64,000 nt of DNA, taken from NCBI GenBank assembly GCA_040954595.2, contig CM082586.2, positions 11,315,337 through 11,379,336 of the forward strand, written 5' to 3'. The first letter of the stretch is position 1. Every line of letters begins with the position of its first letter. Positions 27,354 to 39,277 of this stretch are shown here, one piece after another. The translations under genes and the position numbers were made by a program. This DNA comes from Balanoglossus misakiensis. Taxonomy: Eukaryota; Animalia; Hemichordata. The notes beneath the pieces are model-generated. The model did no database searches. It had not been told where the DNA came from and was given only the letters and a program-made list of their open reading frames with translations.

Positions 27354-29802
27354 ACCTATCTAACACACAACACACACTGTGTATATTTGTTGGGCATTTT
27401 GGTTTTCTACCACATATCTCAGTAGTTTCCATGCCATAGTGACTCTTCAGTTTTACATAATGATATCCAATATAACCCAATCTACTATTAATGCGATTTT
27501 TTTTTCATTTTGATTGTGGAAATGGTTAAAAATGAAAAACATCCGAATTTGTACTTTAATAAATATAAGCTATATAGTATTTTAAAATGGTCATAAATTT
27601 ATGTTAACATGGCAAAACATGTTTTAGTGTTTATGTATACTTGTTTAATATAGAGAAATAATTGTACAAATAAAATGACAACTTACTTTTGCTTTTAAAA
27701 ATAATTAAAAATGGTAATGTTTCTTGAGATATACCAGGGTTTCTAGAATATAGAGGGTGCTGGCACGGGAACATTTGATGGTTGTCCCCAATACAACATT
27801 CTGGTATCATGTTTTATCATCTGTGGACATTTGGCAGCGATATCCAACAGGATGTGCATAAAATCCCGAGAAGGTCTTCTCGTTGTATTGCTTCTTGAGA
27901 TATTGAAACTGTCTTGAATCCCAACGCGAATGTGATGGTGATGCGTATGTTGTTGCACGTAGTCACATCCGAAAACGAATCAAGTGCTCTTGTTGTTCAG
28001 CAGCTGAATATAGGTTAGTGGGATATGTGTATATTCTCGTGGTTATTTTTAAATGAGTATAAATGACAGAATCGGTGGTTTGAACGTGTAAGAGTTGATG
28101 GTATTGGTTATGTAGTTGTGTTTTATCCAATGGTAGTGTGATTTTAATTGTGTATGAGGCGATGGCAGTTTTGTCAGGCGTATTTTATTTTCGTGTCGAG
28201 CGACATCCAATATGGCGGTTGTCGTTATATACTGAAAGGGTTTCGTTTGTATGCATGTTTTGGCAAATTGTATATATGTTAAGATGGTGAAGTTTGCTTG
28301 AAGGAATAGAAACATCAGAGGCTGGGTACATCGGAGTTTCTATTTCATTCCATACAAGTTGAAATTAAGCTTATTTTTGGAGTGTATACAGGTACATATG
28401 ATTATTTAGAAACGGTTTTAGGCAAGCGAATCTGCTGAATTCGGGCGATCGGTCTTGTATCGTGTGTATGAAACGTACAAGCAGTGGTAGGATATTTTTT
28501 TGGGATGTGTACTTCAATAGTTTCCATGTCTCTTATATGTATTTGTCAAAAAATAAACAGTAGTAAAAATGGATTGTATTTTCCATTATTTTTTCTGTTA
28601 ATATTGTATGTTTACATGACCAAAAGCCTTAAGGTTTTCATTGGAATTTATATCAGGGTAATCAATTTGTTTTTGATAATTATTTGCTTCAAATATGGAA
28701 CAATCTGTGTGAGTACATAACAGAAACATTGCTAGATAATTTGACATTTGAATTGTTCGTAAGAATGTGAGGACAAGCATAGAATTGGCCAAATTATGCT
28801 GGTGACCACTCTGTTTAGTGTGTATGCTTTCTAGTCGTGACAGGCATGTTAAAAACATAGACAATGAAATCTGGTTGGAGCATGAAAAGTAGAGTTGACT
28901 TGTTAACATATTTTGATGCCATGAAACCATTTTGTGGACAGGACAATTTATGTGACCAAGAATTGATTTTCTGAATATCACAAGGTTGATAGTGAATTCA
29001 TTGTAATTTGTTGTCCTGTTTAAGTAGTGGGGTTATTGTAAAAAAATCATCATTCGCTATCTTGTACTTGGAGTGATGTCATCTCGACATTGATACATTA
29101 TGGCTATTGAGAGGTGTGTGTTATGCAGGCAAGTGTATATCTTGGTGTACTTGTTTAAATACACAATTATACTTAATGATTTAATTTAAAAGTTTTGTTT
29201 ATTTTCTTGACAGTTTTGGCTACCAAAGAGTTCTCAAGGTGAGTGTTGGTGTACATCAGTGCAAAGTATCATGTACAAACTAAGAGATCAACACACTCAA
29301 ATGTGTATTGTGTCGTGTACGAATTAGTTTCGTAAATCATTTGTAGATAACGTGTTTAGTTTTGTGGTAAGTGACACTGAGGTTTCAGATCGGATAGGAT
29401 GATTGTCCAGTGCCATGCATTGTGTGTTAACATGTGAAAGCACTAGCCTAATTTGTTTGAAATTTGGTATTCAGGGATGATGTAAGAAAAAATAATTTTA
29501 ACAGTTCATAGAATCAGTGTTTATTAATACTTCAAAAAGGTATGTGACTTGAATGTGTGCAGTACATCATTGTGCTATGTGGTGTTAACACCATTGAATA
29601 GTGCCATTACTTACAGCAATCTTACAGCAATGGCTTCAGTAAAACATTGAGTATGATTTGTGTGATTCCTGATACCCCTGTCTTGTCATTTGTGATGTTT
29701 TACTGTGTACTTTTTGAAATAAAGAAACTGGTGTGTTAGTTGAATATGTCAGTGAGTGAATGTGCAATTGGACAGTGTGTTGGCAGTTAGTGGAGATAAA
29801 AA

Positions 29803-29876
29803 ATCCTCATGGTGTAATGGTTAACACACTTGTCACTTTGTGATAAGAGATCCAGGTTCGATAACTGGTGGGGATG
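29803..29876 (+). ncRNA. tRNA-like cloverleaf (tRNA-Gln-derived, atypical anticodon arm), copy 1
   Basis: ATCCTCA TG GTGT AATGGTTA ACAC A CTTGTCACTTTGTGATAAG AGAT CCAG GTTCGATAA CTGG TGGGGAT G resembles metazoan tRNA-Gln (..CCATGGTGTAATGGTTAGCAC..CTTTG..GATCC..GTTC). There is no T-run terminator directly downstream. Confidence 0.65.
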
Positions 29877-31506
29877 ATGAAAAAAAGAGTCCATTAGCTG
29901 TGTGCTTGAGTATGAGTGTAATATATGTATGTACGTATTTATGCATGTATGTAGCCAGCAAACACACAAAACATATTGTGTATATTCAATTCCATACAGT
30001 GTTTGATAATAAATATGTTGCTGTTTTACAATTTGGCATTCACTGCTGATAATTAGGTTTCCATAGATACAAGCGGAATGCAATAGAAGAGGGATAACCA
30101 TATACATGTATAGAAAAGGTAGGTTACCCCTTCCCCAATCATCCAAATACTACCACAGAGGGTGCTATACTATATGACCATCAACTGAGTATCATTCAAA
30201 TACTCTGTGCACAGTGGGTAAACACACATTTGGTTTTTTAGGAGACTTTCATCAGTTGTAGTAAAATACAACGTGACTACACTATATACACCAATGAGAA
30301 TGGCCATGTAATTCAGAGAGTGCTTGATATTAAAACTGTTTCATAGTTGTGGCCTTTACTGCTGATAATTAGTATACCATAGATACAAGCCCAATGCAAC
30401 ATGACAGGGATAAACATATGCAAAGACAAGATTAAACCCCACCTCCATAATCAAAATACTACCACAGAGGGCGCTATACTATATGACCATCAACTGAGTA
30501 TCATTCAAATACTCTGTGCACAGTGGGTAAAGACTTATTTGTTTTTTTAGGAGACTTTCATCAGTTGCAGTAAAATACAACGTGACTACACTATATACAC
30601 CAATGAGAATGGCCATGTAATTCAGAGAGTGCTTGATATTAAAACTGTTTCATAGTTGTGGCCTTTACTGCTGATAATTAGGTTACCATAGATACAAGCC
30701 CAATGCAACATGACAGGGATAAACATATGCAAAGACAAGATTAAACCCCACCTCCATAATCAAAATACTACCACAGAGGGCGCTATACTATATGACCATC
30801 AACTGAGTATCATTCAAATACTCTGTGCACAGTGGGTAAAGACACATTTGGTTTTTTAGGAGACTTTCATCAGTTGTAATAAAATACAACGTGACTACAC
30901 TATATACACCAATGAGAATGGCCATGTAATTCAGAGAGTGCTTGATATTAAAACTGTTTCATAGTTGTGGCCTTTACTGCTGATAATTAGGTTACCATAG
31001 ATACAAGCCCAATGCAACATGACAGGGATAAACATATGCAAAGACAAGATTTAACCCCACCTCCATAATCAAAATACTACCACAGAGGGCGCTATACTAT
31101 ATGACCATCAACTGAGTATCATTCAAATACTCTGTGCACAGTGGGTAAAGACACATTTGGTTTTTTAGGAGACTTTCATCAGTTGTAGTAAAATACAACG
31201 TGACTACACTATATACACCAATGAGAATGGCCATGTAATTCAGAGAGTGCTTGATATTAAAACTGTTTCATAGTTGTGGCCTTTACTGCTGATAATTAGG
31301 TTACCATAGATACAAGCCCAATGCAACATGACAGGGATAAACATATGCGAAGACAAGATTTAACCCAACCTCCATAATAAAAATACTACCACAGAGGGCG
31401 CTATACTATATGACCATCAACACGCGATATTCGAGTTGTATGAAAACGAACGATTATTGGGGTTAAACGCCGTGTGATGGCGCTGTTGGTAGGGCCAGAA
31501 ATTAAA

Positions 31507-33629
31507 ATGGCGGCGCGAAAAGTTCGCCGCGACGACCTACAGCGGCTGAAGGTCCCCGAACTCATTCAATTTCTAAAAGCCAGGGGTATATCGCGGAAAG
31601 GTGCCACGAAAGCCGTCCTTGTAAAGCTTGCGGCAAATGCCATTGACCTTGATTTAAGGAATCTTGTGGAGTCAGACGATGCTGAAGTCGGTCTAAAGAA
31701 ACGGCGTACTGTCGAAGTGAATAGCGAAAAAATAGTGCTCATCGATGTACGGTCAGTAAAAAAATGGAATGATAACTTGACTTTCCTTCCGGATGTTGAT
31801 CTAATCAGAATTAGCTCCTATCTCCGAAATATTTGCATGTGGTCTGATGAACGACTGGTGAATTACCGCCAGGATAACGGACACAAATTGTTTGTTGACG
31901 GGCATGTGTATGGCGTCAAGATTCACGCAGTGCCCAAAACACCTTTCACCTACGTCAAATGTTGCTGTGTTCGCGAGACAAATCAGTCTGACAAGCCATA
32001 TGAAACGTGGATTTTAATGTCTTCTGCTGATGGCCGATTGTATTCTGGTGGATGTGATTGCGTTGCGTAAGTACACTTATATTTATCTACTGGCACTACG
32101 TTGTAGATGCCAGATCACCATGACCGAGTAGTTCTTGTCGCTGCTTGTGTTGGTTGTGATCGTTTTGTTTCTATTTTTGTATGATTGTTGTAGAAAAATA
32201 CTCTTTTGGAACACATTTCTGAAACAGAGAAAGGCGCAAATCCGGTAGCATATCAAATGTTTACATTGTCAAAACCTTTTTTGACAATGTAAACATTAGC
32301 ACGTTGTGTCCTCCAGCTATTTGCATAGGGTCAAACTATTACATAATTCATGATCCTTAGAAACAGTGTATACATGCACTGGTGTCAGATCAAGTTTCTC
32401 TTGGTTGTGATACAAGAAAATGAAGCATAATTGTGCCCTGCTGAATATTTAACCTTAATTCAGCTGAATGCTTTGGAAAACATGAATGACTACATTTTTT
32501 GCCATTTCATTTGTTTTTCAGGGATGACGGGTCATGTAAACACTGCGTTGCCCTCCTGTTTAGCCTGAACAGTTTCACAGACCGTCACAGAGATCGTCAC
32601 ACCCAGGTAGGGACTGACAGACCATGTACCTGGGATCAACCAAGAAGGGAGTCAGCCCCATTACTTATTGATGACATTGATATCAGGACCAACAGAACAG
32701 AACCACTTCCTCCCCAGCCACTTATAGATACATATAACCCTGTAGTCAGAAATCCCTTATTATCACCAGATGAAATTCAGTTGCGTATGTATAATGCCTG
32801 TTTGGGTACCAATTCTCTTCTATTGCAAACCCTTGATAGTACACTGAATGATGACGAGCCTCAAAAACCAGAATCAATGAGTGACTTCATTCAAAATTTT
32901 AAAAATTCTCCTGAGTCAAATTTTGTTTCATTTTTGTTAGACAATGTTGACAGTAAACATATATCTACTGTAAATGAGCTTACTCTGGGTCAAAGGGAGG
33001 TAGAGGACTGGTTTGTTTATCGACATCTTCGTCTAACTGCCAGTAATTTTTATGATTGTTGTCACTATACCGGGAAAGGCAAAAATAACTCTCTTGTTTC
33101 TAAAATTCTTTCTAAAGGTTCCAACTGTTTGTCATCAGAAGCCATTAGATTTGGTATAGAAAATGAGTCAGTTGCAAAACATTTGTATCATAAACATCTG
33201 TGTGGCGAGGGGCATCGACATAGTAAAATAAAACCCTCAGGATTTATTATATCCAGTGATCTCCCTTTCCTCGGAGCAAGCCCTGATGGAAAAGTTGAAT
33301 GCTCATGCTGTGGCAAACTCGTTTGGTTGTTAGAAATAAAATGTTGTTTTAAATACAAAGATAGTCTTCCCAGGGATGCAGCTCTTGACAAATCATATCA
33401 TGTTTACATGGATGGAGACAGAGTTAAATTAAAGAAAACTTCAAAATGGTACTATCAAATTCAAGGTCAACTAGGGGTCACAGGGTTACCATTTTGTGAT
33501 TTTGTTTTGTTCACAAATAAGGGTATCAGTGTTGAACGGATTAATTTTGATAGAGAGATGTGGGATTCAATGGCGACCAATCTTACCAATTTCTACTGTT
33601 CTTTTATAGTACCAAAACTGCTTGATTGA
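31507..33629 (+). CDS. SAP + SWIM zinc finger + YqaJ/lambda-exonuclease-family (PD-(D/E)XK) protein, ~555 aa, 2 exons
   Basis: Exons 31507-32066 (GC|GTAAGT) and 32522-33629 (TTTTCAG|G) splice in frame to give the SWIM motif CDCVADDGSCKHC. N-terminal SAP-like LQRLKVPELIQFLKARGI. YqaJ motifs GQREVEDWFVYRHLRLTASNF, FGIENE, FLGASPDG, LEIKC, YYQIQGQL. An alternative upstream ATG is at 31477. Confidence 0.92.
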
Positions 33630-34118
33630 ATTATGAAATATGGTAAATGTCATAACAATCACAAGCACTGTATAAATTGATTATCTAGAATAAATAGAAT
33701 AAAATAGGCCTAAAGTTATTAAAATGGAATAATATATATATCTTAGCCACAATTTAGATATTTAACTGGCAATGAAATGTACAATTTATTTATAATTCTT
33801 TTAATTTATTTACAATTCTATTATGAGATTGAATATTTACAGACTGTCATATATATACATACCGTTGCATACAATGAAATAAATGTTTCCTTCAAACTAC
33901 ACCTCATTGTGTTGATAGTGTGTTTGTGTTAAAACTTGCTTTCAGTGTATGTTACGATAACTTGGCACAGTGTAGAACTGGTAGGCCATAAAGTCAAGTG
34001 AACCTTTATACACAACAAAAGCTTTTTTTATAATAAAACAATATGCAAATTCCAGTCAAACACAGCCAACACGTAATAAATACATCCACATGAAGTACAC
34101 TTGAATAATTTGCATTAA

Positions 34119-34462
34119 AGGGACAAAGTCTCTCTCTCCCTGCCGTTTTTCCATTAATTATGTTTCATACAAGACACTATTGATGTTATTCTAAATGGGA
34201 TATATAGTTAATCAATGTTCGACCACACACAACTTCCATCCCACTTGCAGACACGAGAGTGAAAATCTCACCAAAATGAGTAAACGGTAGAGACTGATTA
34301 TTCATTTTGGTGAGATTTTCACTCTCGTGTCTGCAAGTGGGATGGAAGTTGTGTGTGGTTGAACGTTGATTAACTATATATCCCATTTAGAATAACATCA
34401 ATAGTGTCTTGTATGAAACATAATTAATGGAAAAAGGGCAGCAAGAGAGAGACTTTGTCCCT
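34119..34462. mobile_element. 344-bp near-perfect palindromic MITE with TTAA TSD (Kolobok-like), nested in ISL2EU
   Basis: TTAA-AGGGACAAAGTCTCTCTCT ... AGAGAGAGACTTTGTCCCT-TTAA, with ~160-bp arms around a ~20-bp loop. Confidence 0.9.
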
Positions 34463-34552
34463 TTAACTAACTTTCTTGGTCTCGTATAAAAACATCTTAT
34501 AGCATTTAGCTGCCAGAATGGGGACCTTCCTGGAAAAAGATGTACAGCAATT

Positions 34553-36522
34553 TCACTGTCTGTGCTGAGTTAGCTTTGAACCAAGTGGGGGTTGGAAATT
34601 ACAAAGAGCAGCAGCAACAATAACGCTCTGGTTAGCAACCTTCTTAAGTTTCAAAGGCATGACTTGGTTGATTAGGTGAAATTTTTTCAGTCTTCCTATG
34701 GCTTGTTCTACCCTTATTCTCAGTGATGCGATTCTCCTAGATTCCAATATTTCTGATGAATTTAACCTTTTCCCCTTGTTAGTTTTGCATTTCCTAGTGA
34801 ATGGCGGTATTTTTAAAGTTGCTCGTTTCTCAGTCAAAAGGTCCCTGATTGTAAATCCTCTATCAGCCATAATTTCATCCCCCTCATCAATGAGATCTAA
34901 GAAACCACTTTCTTTGGTAATGTACCTGTCCGAAACATTTCCTCCCCAAAGACGAGACACAAAAGAAAACGCACCAGTTGGAGTAATAGAAACAAGGAGT
35001 TTGTATGTATTATGATGTTTGTATGAGCTGTACGTTGTAACCTGAGCTGTGGGGGTTCTTGGTTTCTGGATAAATATTTCTGTACAATCAATTATGGCTC
35101 TTGTACGAGGGAAAAATCTTTTAAATGACAGGGGCATGTATTTTTTTATCTTTTGACGTGAAGGCCATTTTATGATATGTGTTAGAACATTTGCTAATAC
35201 AGTTATCCAGGTAATAAATATCTGAGATACACGACTCTGAGAAACCCCAAATATATCACCCAAAACACATGAGAGTAATCCTAATTTCAATTTCACAAGG
35301 GTCAGGATAAACTCTTCAAACTTTGCCAACTTTCTTGGAGGGCCAGGTTTACTGTTGTTTTCATTACACTGATATTTCTTTTCCTGTGCGGAGTTACAAC
35401 CACTCCAGTACTTAAGTTTGGGGGAAAAAGAAATTATCAAATTAAACAATGCATACAGTAATGCAAGAGTGGGAACACCGGTATACAATGAAACAGATCT
35501 ATCGGATTCTAAAACTTTCTCTAGAAAGAGCTCCCTCCTCAAAGACCCCTTGTCCCCCAGTTTTGAGTTCAAATTGCGATTCTCAGTTTCCAGTTTGTCT
35601 ATGTCTTCCATGGTTAGATCAGTCTGTACAGAAACACTGACCCGGTCCAAATCTCCTACATCTGGGATGGCTGTATATTGATGATCATAAGGTACTGGTG
35701 TTGAAACTTCAACTCCCAACCCTGTAATAAAAAAGTTACAAATAAAAGTCAGCAACATCTTAGAAAAACAAAGTGGACATGAACTGCACAGGATTTACTA
35801 GTATTAAACTACATGAGACTGAGAGCTAAACTATTGCATGATACACATATTTATCACTGTTGTTAAACTTACATTTCATGTGATTGGTGCTAAATATCAT
35901 GGTCACTATTAAATAAATGCCAACAACAACCGTCAGCGATCAACATCTTAGATAGTATTTGGGGTCACTTGACTTGAAAGAACATCAAAATTGTATCACT
36001 TGTGTGGGTGACAATGGAATAAGAACACTTACTCGGAACACTGGCTTTAGTACTGTCGTCCAGTACAACCTCTCCACACACCATAGTGTAAAACTCGGCA
36101 CCCTGCAACTCGCTCTCGAGAACATCTGACGCAGGTTCCTTAGACATCTTGTCTGGTTTCGAAGTAGGAATATCTGACTCAGAGTCATACCGAAGGCGTT
36201 TCCTACACTTAGGAGCTGGTCTGTGTCCGTGTGATAGGGGCTTTCCCCAGTTGTTGTACTCAAACAAGGTTGGTACTGGATGGTTAGGTGAAGGGCCCTG
36301 ACCCCCTTCAAAATGTCTCGAACACAACCTTGAAAATTTGTTGGGCTTCCAACACGGTTCTCTCCTTACCATACGAATCCATTGTAACCGCTGCCGCCGA
36401 GATTTACTTTCATTGGGAAACGGATGGAAAGTGACATATTTCATCCATGGATATTTTTCCAGTTTGTTCAGCTTTGCAGTGGCAGAATTGCAACCAGGAG
36501 CGTTACAAAAGAAATTAGGCAT
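34553..36522 (-). CDS. THAP-domain DDE transposase (DDE_Tnp_4/Harbinger-ISL2EU family), ~552 aa, 2 exons
   Basis: Exon 1 36522-36033 carries THAP (CNAPGC..FHPFP..W..LCSRHF..VPTLF) and ends A|GTAAGT. Exon 2 35721-34553 starts TTACAG|GG. HTH region LGDIFGVSQSRVSQIFITW; catalytic motifs IIDCTEI, IMADRGF, RIRVEQAIG. Confidence 0.93.
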
Positions 36523-38439
36523 ATTTTGGTCGTGTCCGCTTATAAAAATTCCATAATTTGAAAAATAAATACTTATAGGACGTCTCCTTCTCCAGACGAT
36601 CGATCTAAGCGGCAGCCATTTTGAATTTTAGCCCTACCGGATGTAAATATACAGCGCCCTCAAACAGTGTTTAACCCCAATAATCTTTCGTTTTCATGCA
36701 TCTCGAATATCGCGTACTGAGTATCATTCAAATACTCTGTGCACAGTGGGTAAAGACACATTTGGTTTTTTAGGAGACTTTCACCAGTTGCAGTAAAATA
36801 CAACGTGACTACACTATATGCACCAATGAGAATGGCCGTGTAATTCAGAGTGCTTGATATTAAAACTGTTTCAAAGCTGTGGCCTTTACTGCTGATAATT
36901 AGGTTACCATAGATACAAGTGGAATGGAACCGGACAGGGATAAACATACAAAGGCTAGGTTAACCCCCCCCCCCCCCAAATACTACCACAGAGGGCGCTA
37001 TACTGATCATCAAGTCTGTACCATTGAAATCAATCTGTGCAGAGTGGGTAAATTAGGCATTTGGTTCTTCAGATTTTTATAAGTTGCATTAAAATGCTAT
37101 GTGGCCCACTACAAGGACAAATAAGTCAAAAATGGCAAATTTGACGTTTACTTTGAGGTTGGCATGGGGCAAACGAGACAATACAAGAACACTGAAACTC
37201 AATTAGTGAAACACTAAAGTTGTACTTTATTTCTCTAACAAACTTAGAGAAAATTTACATGGCCATCTTTTTACTCAGAGACCTGATGTTGAATAGAAAT
37301 GTGGTAGTGCAGGTCCACATGAGTGCCGTGTACTAGCCTCTCTCTCTGCAAATCCATCCACAACTTGCATGCAGATAGTGGGAGTCTGATGTAAGCAACT
37401 ACTGCAGTTACAGTCAGGACGTAAGTGGGATAATTAAACAGCAGGGGATCATGCAATGCAAACACTTGAACTGGCCAGTAACGTTTGAATTGCTCATTTG
37501 CATACAGTTTTTCAACTTTTTTCACAACGAAAGTTAAGCAACTAGCAACCCATTTCTGACAATTATTTCACCCCAGGCACATTACTGGTACTATGAGTGT
37601 ACTACATGTGATTTTTCATGAAGTTTTATCGAGAAGAATTTCTTTACTTCCACTGACAAAATTGTGATCACGAAATTCAAAGTGACCTTGAAGTTACAAA
37701 AAAAAAATATCAGCCATACCCACACAAAAATTAACCCCCTCAGGTTTTAGAAACATTATTAAACTCCTCTATTCATAATTTTGACATGAATATATCCATG
37801 CCGAGAGTCAAGGACCACAATTTACTGTGCCATAGGTCAGTCCTGAGAAGTCAGTCAGCGTGAATAGTGTATAGACTCCGTATGTAATATGCTAATGAGA
37901 GATAACGACGCGTTGAAAAGGAAGCCATTACGTCATGGGTTAACATGCTTTGACCTACTTCAATGCATACACATATGGCAAACACGGCTGTACTCGTCGA
38001 TGGCGAAGGCAATTTTTACACCGTCATTACTCCACAACGGAGCGGCTCACACTATTATAATTTCACGGTAACTTAGTTCAATATCTTCCTAACCTACCCA
38101 ATTTTTTTCAAGACAAGAAATCTTTGCCGAGAGTCAAGGACCACAATTTAAACCAACATACCGAAACTGTCTTTCTCGGGAAAGCGTCGTTAAAACTTCA
38201 CGAAAAATCATCCTATCATTGACTATGGTGTTTCATACACGTCTTAGAAAAATGGGTGCACTACGATCACTTGTAGTACCGAAAATCTCCGTTTGAAAAT
38301 TTTTCGAACTGGCCGTAACTGCCACTCAGCGACTTTCACATTCAAATAGATCTCTTTGATCTCACCGCCGTAATTACCCCACTTACGTCCTGACTGGTTA
38401 ATACTTACAAAGTGTATTACCTCCAACACCCCATGGACG

Positions 38440-38822
38440 GTATCATGTCATCACCAGTAGCTATAGGTTCTTTTAACACCTTGAGAGAAAAAAATGGATT
38501 GTTACTGATAGATTACAAAGCACTGACAATACAAGAGGGGGAGGGGTAAGGTTTGTTGAGAGCAGTTGTTTTTTGCTAAACATTAGTGAAAATATTATTG
38601 ACATGTAGGATTTCAATTTTATGATGTAAGAGTATTTTATAATATCTCACCGGGACTTCAGTTGTCGCTGTAGTATTTAACCCAAGTTTAACTGTGCCAC
38701 CCACGTCCATGCATGGCAAGGTTTTCTCTCCCAAAAGTTTCAGTTTGGTATCCCAGTTACCATCAGTTGCACTTACTCCACGCCTTCTAAGTTGAATGCG
38801 ATTTACCATCACAGGATTCATA
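38440..38822 (-). pseudogene. Degenerate exon C, intron and start of exon D of the OB-fold gene
   Basis: ..VMVNRIQLRRRGVSATDGNWDTKLKLLGEKTLPCMDVGGTVKLGLNTTATTEVP|GTGAGA, then TTTTCTCTCAAG|VLKEPIATGDDMI. Confidence 0.65.
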
Positions 38823-39277
38823 CTGTGGTGCAAAGACAATTAAAAACATCGATTGTAAATCATTTAGTAGTGATACCATTGTGACCAAACCTTGTTTTAA
38901 AATACATGTAATCTGTACTCGAAACTATCATTTTTTTTTCTTTCTAGAATATTAGAACGCGCTCAAAAAGAAAAATGCGACCTGTAAGCGAGTGCCGCGT
39001 TTCAATTGGCACTGACGATAAACACCGCCACTCGGAGATAAAATCAACGTTTTTTTTTATAATGCAAGTGAACGCATGGAGGCGGCCATATTGAATTTAG
39101 GTTACATCCCAAGACATTCCGACTGGGCTTCAGGTGGATTCGGGAAAGGTCTCTAAAACGTAATTGGTCATCCAATTTTGTATACTAAATTTCTAAAAAT
39201 GTAGGACATGGGAGGTTAACATACCCACAAGGACTACAGGGCCCAGGCGTTTCGGGGTGCGATTGTTACGTACCTTA

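Larger units (their letters stand above)
31422..36715. mobile_element. Autonomous ISL2EU-type (PIF/Harbinger/PHIS-related) DNA transposon, 5,294 bp
   Basis: 47-bp TIRs at 31422-31468 and 36669-36715 (ACGCGATATTCGAG..ATTATTGGGGTTAAAC, 3 mismatches). AC is duplicated at 31420-21 and 36716-17 relative to empty array units (TGACCATCAACTGAGTATC). Two convergent intact genes. Confidence 0.93.
30145..37010. repeat. 309-bp tandem array (4 full units plus a fifth split by the ISL2EU insertion)
   Basis: AAATACTACCACAGAGGG(C/T)GCTATACT at 30145, 30454, 30763, 31072, 31381 and ~36978. The unit resumes at 36716 exactly where it broke at 31421. Confidence 0.95.

Noticed and set aside
29803-29876. Functional decoding tRNA-Gln(TTG)
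   Set aside because: The anticodon arm has 2 extra nt with no canonical 7-nt loop, each copy has a T-stem defect, and no terminator is adjacent.
34553-35758. Bacterial IS5/ISL2 contamination or host HARBI1 gene
   Set aside because: A spliceosomal intron, THAP exon, TIRs and TSD show a eukaryotic mobile element.
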